A stretch of DNA of 19,462 nt from Marine Group I thaumarchaeote (GTDB lineage: Archaea; Thermoproteota; Nitrososphaeria; Nitrososphaerales; Nitrosopumilaceae), in assembly GCA_044358425.1 (NCBI GenBank), contig CP054849.1:372683-392144 (forward strand), written 5' to 3'. Shown in pieces: positions 1 through 8,908 of the stretch (within the stretch, counting starts at the first letter, position 1; the number at the start of each line of letters is the position of its first letter). Below the pieces are notes generated by a model. It ran no database searches. It was not told the DNA's origin and worked only from the letters and a program-made list of their open reading frames with translations. A program made the translations under genes and the position numbers.

Positions 1-291
1 CTCACCAATTACTTCTCCCGTTTCTGCTAACATTTTCAAGTTTTCTAAAGTATTTTTATCAAAATCTTCAAATGCTGTTGCAAGACCCAAGACTCTAACT
101 CCATCATCTTTGTATTTTTCATAAATGTTAATTGCTTCAGGAATTGCATGCATAAAACATCCTGGACAATTAACTTGAAACACCTCTAACAATACAATGT
201 GATCTTTTTCTTGATCAAAATTTGTTGGAGCACCTTGTACCCATTCTGAAACTCCAAAATTTGGTGCTTTTTCACCTATTTTTACAGTCAC
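1..291 (-). CDS. Redoxin / TlpA-like thioredoxin-fold protein (3'-truncated by the window edge; first 97 aa visible)
   Basis: Not in the ORF track. Manual translation from GTG at 291 gives MTVKIGEKAPNFGVSEWVQGAPTNFDQEKDHIVLLEVFQVNCPGCFMHAIPEAINIYEKYKDDGVRVLGLATAFEDF..., open to base 1. It has the 'IGEKAPNF' AhpC/TSA-type N-terminus and a CPGC redox motif. Confidence 0.85.
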   Translation of the reverse strand, partial: MTVKIGEKAPNFGVSEWVQGAPTNFDQEKDHIVLLEVFQVNCPGCFMHAIPEAINIYEKYKDDGVRVLGLATAFEDFDKNTLENLKMLAETGEVIGE

Positions 292-389
292 ATTTTTGAG
301 TCATATTTTTTCCGTTAAATACATACCCCTATTTTTTTTAATTTCTTTTTAAGTAGGCTAATATAGAACACAGAAAATTTCACAGTAAA

Positions 390-878
390 TTGCAAGCAGT
401 AACTGATGAACGATTAGCCCTTTTTGCAGAAATGGAATCAAAATATGAAAATAGTGATGTTGAGTACTTTGTATCTTTACTAGATCATCCTGATTATGTT
501 GTAAGAACACGTGCTACCTGTATTTTGGTTGATTTTGGTGGTGAGGATAAAATTCCCCATATTGCCAAAGTTTTAAAAAATGATGACAATGAATTGGTTA
601 GACATGAGGCAGCTTTTTCATTAGGTCAAATGTCTTATTCTTCAGCTGTTCCGCCATTAATTGATTCAACTCTAAATGATCCTAGCATGTTTGTTCGTCA
701 CGAAGCAGCAATTGCTCTTGGTGTGGTAGGCAATAAGGAAGCCAAAGAAACTTTGCAAAAGGCACTAAATGATCCTGATAAACCCGTAGTAGAATCTGCT
801 GTTGTGGCACTATCTAATATTGAATTTATGGAAACTTTAAGTAAGAATGAAAAATTTGCTAAATTAACAGGTGGATGA
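390..878 (+). CDS. PBS-lyase HEAT-repeat protein resembling one half of deoxyhypusine hydroxylase (DOHH)
   Basis: TTG start; tandem HEAT repeats (VRTRATCIL, VRHEAAFSLGQM, VRHEAAIALG, VVESAVVAL); two HE motifs, H72/E73 and H104/E105. Confidence 0.8.
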   Translation: MQAVTDERLALFAEMESKYENSDVEYFVSLLDHPDYVVRTRATCILVDFGGEDKIPHIAKVLKNDDNELVRHEAAFSLGQMSYSSAVPPLIDSTLNDPSMFVRHEAAIALGVVGNKEAKETLQKALNDPDKPVVESAVVALSNIEFMETLSKNEKFAKLTGG

Positions 879-1680
879 GATGAATCTTACGTATGGTGTA
901 ATTACAGTTGTTGGAATTTGTATTGCAATATCTTTAGCTTTAATTGTTGCTGATCCAAACGAAACACCCGCATCTCGTGAACTTGCAATTTCTGAAAATA
1001 ATATCGCTCAAATTGAAGAAGAACTTAATCAAATTTCAGTAAATCCTAGTTTGCTAACTAGCACAAGTAATGTAGGTGAAGCACTAGTGTTTGAAGTTGA
1101 ATTCATGGATGATGATGGAAACATTGTCGACCATGTAAACTATGATGTCTTTGCAACTCAAAATTCTGATTCAATTCTTTCAGAGACTGCAGCACATCGT
1201 CACCCTGGAAAATACCCAGTTCACGAAAGTAGTGCCTTAAAAGATTCAGTTATTGACATTACAGTTGTTGTTCAAGGTTTAGGTCATGGTGAGGACATTT
1301 ATGGTCCAAAAGGAATTGAAACTGCTTTTACTTTAACTCCTGCAGTTGCAGCACAAACTGCAACAAGTACTGAAATCAGAACTGCTGATAATTCTGGAAT
1401 GAGTATGGATTGTCAGGAATCTTTAGATTGTTACACCCCAAGTATTGTTACAGTCAATGTTGGTGATGTAGTAACTATGATAAATTCTGATTCTACGGCT
1501 GCAATGCACTCCTTTACAGCAGGTACAGTTGATGGATTTACTCCTTCTCCAAGTGGAGTCTTTGATACTGGAATTATGAATGGTGATGATGTTTTTGAAT
1601 GGACTCCAGAAAGTGCTGGTGAAGTACCCTACTATTGTTTACTACACACTTGGATGCAAGGAACAATTATTGTAGAATAA
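871..1680 (+). CDS. Membrane-anchored or secreted blue (type 1) copper / plastocyanin-like protein with an additional N-terminal His-containing beta domain
   Basis: N-terminal hydrophobic helix; C-terminal cupredoxin with 'MHSFT' and 'YYCLLHTWMQG' (H...C-x2-H-x2-M type 1 Cu ligands). The real start may be ATG at 880. Confidence 0.85.
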   Translation: MDEMNLTYGVITVVGICIAISLALIVADPNETPASRELAISENNIAQIEEELNQISVNPSLLTSTSNVGEALVFEVEFMDDDGNIVDHVNYDVFATQNSDSILSETAAHRHPGKYPVHESSALKDSVIDITVVVQGLGHGEDIYGPKGIETAFTLTPAVAAQTATSTEIRTADNSGMSMDCQESLDCYTPSIVTVNVGDVVTMINSDSTAAMHSFTAGTVDGFTPSPSGVFDTGIMNGDDVFEWTPESAGEVPYYCLLHTWMQGTIIVE

Positions 1681-1715
1681 TTTTGTACATTAATTCTAAA
1701 ACTAAATAATTAATT

Positions 1716-2255
1716 TTGTCTAATCAAAAACTTCCAAAGTTTCCTTGTGTTGATTGTCATACTGATTGTTGTAAAGAATATACAATTTTTGTAAATGCCC
1801 ATGATGTTTATCGACTTTCCAATGGTTTGAATTCTAAACCTGAAACTTTTTTGGAGTTAATTGGTGCTAAAGATTATTCTCTTGGAATTAAAGTGGAAGA
1901 AGGTTTAGTAGATCTCGCTTTAAAACAAAAAAATGGAGCATGTGAGTTTCTTGAAGAATTTAATGATGTTTTTAGATGTACGGTAAATGATTTCAAACCT
2001 GGTGTGTGTAAATCATATCCGTTTGAAATGAAAAATGGTGAATTATCTCAAATGAGTGATATTATGTGCCCTACGGATTGGGATCTTACTGGCTTTAAAG
2101 AAATGATGGTACCTCATTTACAAAAAGATGAATCTGAATGGAAGTTTTATGATCAATTAGTAAAGGAATGGAATTTAAGACATGCCGGGCAACCTTTGTC
2201 TGACTTTTTGAGATTTATGATAAATCAGGTTGAAATATCTGTTAAAGTGGAATAA
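1716..2255 (+). CDS. YkgJ / CxxCxxCC family Cys-cluster (Zn/Fe-chelating) protein
   Basis: FPCVDCHTDCC, GACEFL, RCTV..KPGVCKSYPF match the CxxC-x3-CC...C-x-FL...C...P-x2-C-x2-YPF pattern. Confidence 0.85.
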   Translation: MSNQKLPKFPCVDCHTDCCKEYTIFVNAHDVYRLSNGLNSKPETFLELIGAKDYSLGIKVEEGLVDLALKQKNGACEFLEEFNDVFRCTVNDFKPGVCKSYPFEMKNGELSQMSDIMCPTDWDLTGFKEMMVPHLQKDESEWKFYDQLVKEWNLRHAGQPLSDFLRFMINQVEISVKVE

Positions 2256-4311
2256 CTTTACTTCCTTCTTCTTTTGATTCAAATTTGTAAATCTGTTCAA
2301 CGTTTGAATCTTCAAAAATTTCTGCATCGTGAGTGATGATTAAAAATTGCATTGGTGTTTGTGAGTTTGAAATTTCTGTTAATTGAGATAATACTCTGAC
2401 CAATGATTTCTTTCTCTCAGCATCAAGATGTGTTGTCGGTTCATCAAGTATCATCAGATTTAGATTTGATGAGCCTAGCAAACTTGCCATTCCTAACCGT
2501 AATGCCAATGCTACACTTACTTTTTCCCCTCCACTAAGTGATTCTAATTCTAAAACCTCTGTTTTTGAATAACAAGCAATTGATACGTCTCTAGCTTTTT
2601 CTGATAATGCAATTCTCTGAATTTTTGTATTTAGAAATGACAAATACTCTGATGCTTTAACTGAAATTGAATTTAATGCCCATGATCTTAAACTTGTTGC
2701 AACAGCGCCATCTCTGCTGAAAATATTTGTTTGAATTTTATCTAATTTTGAAATGTATTTTTTAACTTTTTTAAGTTCTAAAATTGAATTTTGAATTTTA
2801 TCTATTTGTTTTTCAGCTTTATCTATTTTTTCTAAAATTCCTCCTATATGTTGATGAATTTGAGATAAACTTCTTTGTTTTTCTTCAATTGTGTTTTTTA
2901 GATTTACAAATTCTTTTTCATTAAATCCTTTTGTTTCTAATTCTAATTTTAAAATATTTTCAAAAATTAATTTTGTATGTTCGTCTATTTGTGATATTTG
3001 TTTTAAATCATTATTGTTTATCAATGGTACTTTTTTCTTTTGAATTTGTGTTTCCTTTTGAATTCTAATTAATTCTTCTTTTGTATTAATTGAATGTGCT
3101 TTGAGAGTTGCTTCTGCATCTCTTGTTTTTTGTACCTTTTCGAAAAATTCTTTCTTCTTTTGATTATACATCTCCCGTTCTTTTTCTTTTAATTTGATAT
3201 TTTCCTGTAATTTGATTGTCTCTTCTTTAACATGTTCTATTTGGAAAAATGGATTTAATTTTTCTACAGTTGAATCACATACAGGACATTTATTGTCTTT
3301 TAATTGTAATTTTGATGCTAGAATTTGTTTTTCTTTTAAGGATGCAATTTGGCTTAACATTTCTTGAATTTTATTTGATGAATCTTCTAATGCTTCTTCC
3401 ACTTTTTGGATTTTTGTCTCAAAATCAATTTTTTGTTCAATTACGTCAAAACATCCTTCACAATCTCTTATTTTACGCTCATTTTCACTAATTTTTTCCT
3501 GAATTCCTTTCATTGTATCTTTAGCATATCTTGATAACTCATCTTTTCTTAGTTCTAATTGGTTGATTTTGTCAATTTTGGGTGTTTCAGTTTCTAATTC
3601 TTTTTTTAATTTTTTTAGTTCATCTTGAATTTGTTGTTGTTCTGATTCTAATTGATTCTTCTCAGGTTCCGATTCTTTGATATCTTGTTGGTATTTTTCA
3701 AAATCTCGTTCTAAAATATCAATATGTGTATCATCGTATCCTAAATCTGTTTTAATTTTTTCACGAAATTCTTTAGTCACTTTTTTCATGGATTCTGATG
3801 CAACATCTAATTTGTCTATTCCAATAATTGCATTGAGTAATTCTTTGAATTCTTTTGGTTTTGCATTAATTATTGAATTTAATTCCCCTTGTTGTACAAT
3901 TGATGCTATTTTTAATTTTTCAAAATCCATTCCTATTGTTTTTTCGACTTGCTCTGTCATTGATTCTCCAAATTGTTTTCTTTCTCCTGCTGCAATTTCC
4001 ACTCTACCTTCCTTAGTTATTTCAGAAAATGTTGCAACTAATCCTCCCTTACTATCTATTTTCCTTACTGTTTCATACTGTTTACCATTTATTGAAAATT
4101 CTATTTTTGAATACCCTTGATTAGATCCTCTTTTGATCAATCCTTTGTTTGATTTTCTTGTATGTTGTCCAAATAATGAAAATGTAATTCCATCAATAAT
4201 ACTTGATTTTCCAGCACCGTTTTCTCCTACAAAAATTGTTACTCCTTTTTCAAACTCTAATTTTGTTTCTGAATGTGCTAAAAAATCTCCTAATTCAATT
4301 GAAGTAATCAT
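2242..4311 (-). CDS. rad50: DNA double-strand break repair ATPase Rad50
   Basis: Walker A GENGAGKSS, Q-loop VQQGE, central zinc hook CPVC (aa 342-345), signature LSGGE, Walker B/D-loop ILDEPTTHLD, H-loop ITHD, coiled coils; adjacent to mre11. Confidence 0.95.
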   Translation of the reverse strand: MITSIELGDFLAHSETKLEFEKGVTIFVGENGAGKSSIIDGITFSLFGQHTRKSNKGLIKRGSNQGYSKIEFSINGKQYETVRKIDSKGGLVATFSEITKEGRVEIAAGERKQFGESMTEQVEKTIGMDFEKLKIASIVQQGELNSIINAKPKEFKELLNAIIGIDKLDVASESMKKVTKEFREKIKTDLGYDDTHIDILERDFEKYQQDIKESEPEKNQLESEQQQIQDELKKLKKELETETPKIDKINQLELRKDELSRYAKDTMKGIQEKISENERKIRDCEGCFDVIEQKIDFETKIQKVEEALEDSSNKIQEMLSQIASLKEKQILASKLQLKDNKCPVCDSTVEKLNPFFQIEHVKEETIKLQENIKLKEKEREMYNQKKKEFFEKVQKTRDAEATLKAHSINTKEELIRIQKETQIQKKKVPLINNNDLKQISQIDEHTKLIFENILKLELETKGFNEKEFVNLKNTIEEKQRSLSQIHQHIGGILEKIDKAEKQIDKIQNSILELKKVKKYISKLDKIQTNIFSRDGAVATSLRSWALNSISVKASEYLSFLNTKIQRIALSEKARDVSIACYSKTEVLELESLSGGEKVSVALALRLGMASLLGSSNLNLMILDEPTTHLDAERKKSLVRVLSQLTEISNSQTPMQFLIITHDAEIFEDSNVEQIYKFESKEEGSKVIPL

Positions 4312-5450
4312 TGTTTTTCCTCTTTTTTGAATTTCTCATAATCATGCAAAATTATCTCTAATGCTTCATTCATTCCATCTGCTGTCAGTGTTGGTAGAAG
4401 TTCTTTAATTGCAAAATCTGCATCCTTTTCAGAATCTAATATGCTTGTTGATAGTCTTAACATTTCATCTTCAATTGCACTTGGTCTGTCTAGAAATACT
4501 GATGAATCTGATATTTGCTTTGTAGTAATTTTCCAAAAACATCTTAGTGATAATGTATTTAATCTGGCAATTTGTGCCTGAATTTGGTCTGTTTCTATCT
4601 CTTCACCTTGTATTTTTACTTCAATAATTGGTTTTTTTGTAAGATTTGTGATTTTTTCTATGATTTCATCAATTCTTTTTGATAATTCTTTGTATTCTGT
4701 ATCAAATGAAAACTGAGGTCTAGTATCTAATTCAATCCATTTTGGTATTGCTTCGTCTCCTGAAATATCTACCTCAAAAAATCCTTTTTTGATATCCTTA
4801 ATTCCTTCACTAGTTGTTAATTCAATTGACCCTGGATATGCAATTGGACCTTTCAGATGATTGAATTGTTTAATATCTTTATCATGTAAATGTCCCATCG
4901 CATAATATGTAAAATTTTTTGGTAAATCTGTTGATTGCAATTCTCCTGCAAACTTGTTAAATTCTGTAATTCCTTGATGTAGTACCAATATTTTGTGTCC
5001 TGAAATTTTTTCTACACTTTTATCAAGATTTGAAAATGCTTCTTCATATTGTGACATTTCTGTTTTTCTAATTTTGTCTAATCCTGCTAACATTATTCCT
5101 TTGTATTCTATTGGTTTACCATTACCTATGTATTTTGAAAATCCTAAATTATGATAAATGTATGGAATGGGTGTTGTTCTAATTCTACTAATATCATGTT
5201 CACCTAAAATGAAAAATGAGTCTATGTTGTTTTCTTTTAATCTTTTTAATGCATTTCCCATTTGTACTATTGCAGTTCCATTTGGATTTGGCATATGAAA
5301 AATATCCCCTGCAAATATTACAAAATCTACCTTATCTTCAATTGATTTATCGATTGCTTGATTGAAAACATCATACACATCTTGCTCTCTCTCATTGGAA
5401 CCATATTGAACTAATCCCAAATGTGTGTCTGAAATATGTGAAAATAACAT
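4308..5450 (-). CDS. mre11: DNA double-strand break repair nuclease Mre11
   Basis: Calcineurin-like phosphoesterase motifs SDTHLG, AGDIF, GEHD, LHQG, MGHLH, YPGS; lies between herA and rad50. Confidence 0.95.
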   Translation of the reverse strand: MLFSHISDTHLGLVQYGSNEREQDVYDVFNQAIDKSIEDKVDFVIFAGDIFHMPNPNGTAIVQMGNALKRLKENNIDSFFILGEHDISRIRTTPIPYIYHNLGFSKYIGNGKPIEYKGIMLAGLDKIRKTEMSQYEEAFSNLDKSVEKISGHKILVLHQGITEFNKFAGELQSTDLPKNFTYYAMGHLHDKDIKQFNHLKGPIAYPGSIELTTSEGIKDIKKGFFEVDISGDEAIPKWIELDTRPQFSFDTEYKELSKRIDEIIEKITNLTKKPIIEVKIQGEEIETDQIQAQIARLNTLSLRCFWKITTKQISDSSVFLDRPSAIEDEMLRLSTSILDSEKDADFAIKELLPTLTADGMNEALEIILHDYEKFKKEEKQ

Positions 5451-6982
5451 TAGTCTAATAACAAATCTTTTTGAACTAATCCTTGTGTGGATTCTACTCC
5501 GACATTTTTCATTTTATCTGCCTTTATCCAAGCTTTAGTTGCACTTTGATCTGCTCCCATTTTCTTCTCTTTGACTTCTTCAACGTGAACCATTGATGGC
5601 AAATTAGTCCATTGTCCCACAAGAACTGCATCCCCTACGTTCAATGATGTCAATTGTGATATCAATTCACGACTGGTAGACTCTGTGGCTGAGGCTATCT
5701 GTCTCTGGTCGTCTTCTTGAATGATTTTCATAATTGCAAATGTGCCCATCTGGCTGAGTATATTCAAGTCCACGCTGCGAGGTCTCTGAGATACTATGCC
5801 TAAGCCAACTCCAAATTTTCTTCCTTCTCTAGCAATTTTTGCAGCCCAATATTTTGCCGCAGTATCATGATCTTTTGGAATGAATACGTGTGCTTCTTCA
5901 AGTATTATGAAAACTGGTTCAAAGAATTTGTAATCTTTTTGTTTTTTTGATTTTCCATGTTTTGCTATAGTTGCATTTTTTCTATCTTTTAGTAATTGTT
6001 GCAAATAAAATCCCATTGCTACATTTGCTTGTTTTTCTGATAACTCTGAAATGTTGATGATGTTAGTACATCCCTCTTTAATGTAATCCATTGGATTTCC
6101 AATTTCAGGATCTAAAATATCATCAAATCTTCTTTGTGCATCTTCTATGATGTCTTGCACTCTGTATGCTGATGTTCTAATTTCTTTTAATTTTTTATCT
6201 TCAGAATTTACAAGTAAGTCCACTTCGTATTCTAATTTGTTCCAAAACTCTCCTGCCTCTTTTACTTCTTGAGTAAACGACATTCTTAAAACTCGTTGTT
6301 GCACATCTGCATTTTCTCTAATTTCTAGTACTTCTGAAAACTGATCTGCTTCAAGTAATCTTGGATTAATTTTAGCATCAATTACATTTACGTTTGGAAT
6401 GTTTAGTGTTGTGTAATCGTTATGATAATCAAAAATTATTACTGTGCCTTTTACTTCTGAAATTTTTTTTGTAATTAAGGAAACTAGATTACTTTTACCC
6501 ATTCCTGTCATAGCTAGAATTCCCAGATGTCTTGAAACGATTCTGTCTAGATTGATTTTAGCTTCAATTTTTTTATTTCGTAATAGATTCCCAATTTTTA
6601 ACCAGCCATCTTTTTTTGGACTGAAAATTTCTTCTAAATCTTGATTGGTAGGTTGTGTGATTTTTGTGCCTGGAATTGGTGGAATTGCAGGAATTATTGA
6701 CTGACCTCTACGTAAATTTTCTAAAAACCCTAAAATTCCTATATGTGCTGTGAATGTTTTGTCTCTTTTATTGATGTCTGCAATTTCTGTACTTTCTTCT
6801 GCTTCATGAAAATTTCTGACATCTGTAAATGCTGCACTTGATACTGATGATCTTTCAACTAATCCTAAAATTTCCCCTTCATCAATACTAATTTTGATAT
6901 ATTCTCCAACTGATAATGAACGTGATGTAATTGCTGTCACTGAGGTTGGTTTTGATTCTCCAACAACAAATCCTAAACTCAT
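5450..6982 (-). CDS. herA: HerA bipolar DNA helicase/translocase
   Basis: N-terminal HAS-barrel-like region, Walker A AMTGMGKS, Walker B IILEEAH, arginine-finger AREGRKFG, SQRP; operon context. Confidence 0.95.
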   Translation of the reverse strand: MSLGFVVGESKPTSVTAITSRSLSVGEYIKISIDEGEILGLVERSSVSSAAFTDVRNFHEAEESTEIADINKRDKTFTAHIGILGFLENLRRGQSIIPAIPPIPGTKITQPTNQDLEEIFSPKKDGWLKIGNLLRNKKIEAKINLDRIVSRHLGILAMTGMGKSNLVSLITKKISEVKGTVIIFDYHNDYTTLNIPNVNVIDAKINPRLLEADQFSEVLEIRENADVQQRVLRMSFTQEVKEAGEFWNKLEYEVDLLVNSEDKKLKEIRTSAYRVQDIIEDAQRRFDDILDPEIGNPMDYIKEGCTNIINISELSEKQANVAMGFYLQQLLKDRKNATIAKHGKSKKQKDYKFFEPVFIILEEAHVFIPKDHDTAAKYWAAKIAREGRKFGVGLGIVSQRPRSVDLNILSQMGTFAIMKIIQEDDQRQIASATESTSRELISQLTSLNVGDAVLVGQWTNLPSMVHVEEVKEKKMGADQSATKAWIKADKMKNVGVESTQGLVQKDLLLD

Positions 6983-7815
6983 CCTAATACCTCTCTTGAA
7001 CCAATTTCATTACTCAATCCTAACAAACTAACCATTTTACCAAGTTCTTTGTCTGATATTTTACAGTTGTTGTGTGCAAGCTTTAGTGCATATGGGTATC
7101 CTCCAACACTAGTTTTAAACAGCTTATTCATTATTGATTTTACTTCGTCATTATCGTGTTTTCCTCCTAAAAATTCTAATTTGATTATTGGAGTTGAATC
7201 ACTCAATCTTACAAATGTTGATGATATTATTTTGTCTGGTCCATAATTTCTTTCTACAAATATTTCACTAAAACCTGGACCGTTTGTTACATGATTATAA
7301 TAAAAAATATCTCCTGCAAGTGATCCTAAATTCTCAAATTGTTTTTTTGTGTTTGATGTTTTTGCAATAAAAATAACATTCCTTTTTTTATTCATTGTTC
7401 TAACAACTTGTGCATCCAGTGCTGATTGTCTTGTCATAAATTGGGAGTGTAGTGAACCATCCATTAAAACTAAATCCACTTCGTCCACTGTTTTTTCACA
7501 TGCATCAATCTCCATTTTACTTGCAATTCTTGAAAGATCTGTATCTGATCCTAAACCTGAATCATGAAGATCAACAAGGATGTCTCCATCTGATTTTATT
7601 GAAACTGCTGTAGTTGCCCATAATTCAATTCCTTGAAATTTAGTGTTGTTGAAACTACTGTCAATACCTGCTGTGACTACCTCTTCTTTAGTAGGCGTGA
7701 AATCATTCCAATTTGCTTGTGCTTTATGTAAAATTTGTTCAAATTTGGGACCTTTTAGAATTGATAACATTTTTTCTCTATTGATGATGGCATCTTTGTA
7801 AACTGTATTGAGCAC
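6979..7815 (-). CDS. nurA: NurA 5'-3' nuclease
   Basis: AGIDSS and LMDGSL acidic catalytic motifs, IAKTS, C-terminal GYPYALKLAH; first gene of the nurA-herA-mre11-rad50 operon, overlapping herA by 4 nt. Confidence 0.93.
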   Translation of the reverse strand: MLNTVYKDAIINREKMLSILKGPKFEQILHKAQANWNDFTPTKEEVVTAGIDSSFNNTKFQGIELWATTAVSIKSDGDILVDLHDSGLGSDTDLSRIASKMEIDACEKTVDEVDLVLMDGSLHSQFMTRQSALDAQVVRTMNKKRNVIFIAKTSNTKKQFENLGSLAGDIFYYNHVTNGPGFSEIFVERNYGPDKIISSTFVRLSDSTPIIKLEFLGGKHDNDEVKSIMNKLFKTSVGGYPYALKLAHNNCKISDKELGKMVSLLGLSNEIGSREVLG

Positions 7816-7890
7816 AACAATACTTGGTATGTTTGAATAAAATCTTTAGGTTATGTCGATATTTGACTAAGGTGATCCATTAAAACAACT

Positions 7891-8844
7891 TCATCCAATC
7901 TTACCTTTGAAAACCACTTTTTCATTTGTATTTGATGGAGTGGTTTTATCGATGTATTTTATTTCATACCAATCCCCAATATGGATAGTTTTACCGTCAA
8001 TTTGACGTGGGATTTTGATTTGTACTTCAAAGATGTTTGTGTTAGGTCCTGTTTCAATCAAATAATTTGAGTTGGCATCAAATTTTGGATTAGCAAGAGT
8101 AGTTTTAATTCCTCCTTCACTTTTAAATTCTAATTGACTAATTGAAATTTTATCTTCATCTCTAGAATCTCTATTTGCATCTGGTTCATACAATCTTAGA
8201 ATAAACTCATGTCCAATTCTTGAACCTCCTCCAAAAGTCTCAATTTCAGCAAATGTTTTTGTTAATGGAATTGACTTAAGTTGAATGCTTTGTTCTCCAG
8301 ATTGGTTGGATTTGTCTAGGTATTTTATCAAAACAATATCGTCTTGACTTAGTTGTTTACCATTAATTGTTTCAGGTAATTCTAATTTTAGATAAAATTT
8401 ACCTGTATTGTATCCCGTTTCAATCATTTTTTCAGGCCCTTGAATTGAAATTCCATTTATTGTAAATTCAAAAAGCCCTTCAGTAGATAATACTTCAATC
8501 CCTCGATGTGACAAATTCAAATCATGATCTGTGATGTAAAAATTCACCACAGACATACTTGATGCTGGAACTGTCTCGATATCTGGACCTGATTTTATGA
8601 TTTTTGTAGCAAGTAGAATGCCTCTTTCTTGCATTTTATCAACTGTTTCTGGTTTTACGCATGCAGGCATTCCATTTATTCGAATTACTAACTCTAATCC
8701 TCCTTTGCAGAGAACATTTTCTGCCGCAACACCTTCTTTCATTTGCTTTCTTGGGGAATCTATATCCCCATTTATGGGGCACATAAATGAAAATATTAAA
8801 AAAAATGATATTCCTAAAATTATTTTTTTATTAATTGTCATCAC
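7891..8844 (-). CDS. Secreted protein: SPxKQ...C...PACVKP module plus two tandem S-layer-like Ig-type repeats
   Basis: Signal-like N-terminus (KKIILGISFFLIFSF); two internally similar ~105-aa units, each with D-x-D-x-N, IETGxNTxxF and IKY(L/I)DK. Confidence 0.7.
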   Translation of the reverse strand: MMTINKKIILGISFFLIFSFMCPINGDIDSPRKQMKEGVAAENVLCKGGLELVIRINGMPACVKPETVDKMQERGILLATKIIKSGPDIETVPASSMSVVNFYITDHDLNLSHRGIEVLSTEGLFEFTINGISIQGPEKMIETGYNTGKFYLKLELPETINGKQLSQDDIVLIKYLDKSNQSGEQSIQLKSIPLTKTFAEIETFGGGSRIGHEFILRLYEPDANRDSRDEDKISISQLEFKSEGGIKTTLANPKFDANSNYLIETGPNTNIFEVQIKIPRQIDGKTIHIGDWYEIKYIDKTTPSNTNEKVVFKGKIG

Positions 8845-8908
8845 TTCACTGATTCTATTTTTTATTTTAAACTATCATTAATTAAGAGAACTTTTCTATT
8901 GTCATCAC

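Noticed and set aside
870-878. C-terminal Gly-Gly of the HEAT protein as a ubiquitin-like conjugation motif
   Set aside because: The protein is all-helical HEAT rather than beta-grasp, and no E1 gene is in the window.
3249-7567. Plus-strand ORFs at 3249-3491, 3677-4120, 4133-4330, 6444-6644, 7049-7246 and 7349-7567
   Set aside because: Antisense shadows of rad50, mre11, herA and nurA with no motifs and composition typical of reverse-frame artefacts.
5450-7815. HerA-NurA as an anti-phage defence module
   Set aside because: The pair sits in the housekeeping operon with mre11 and rad50, with no defence-island context.
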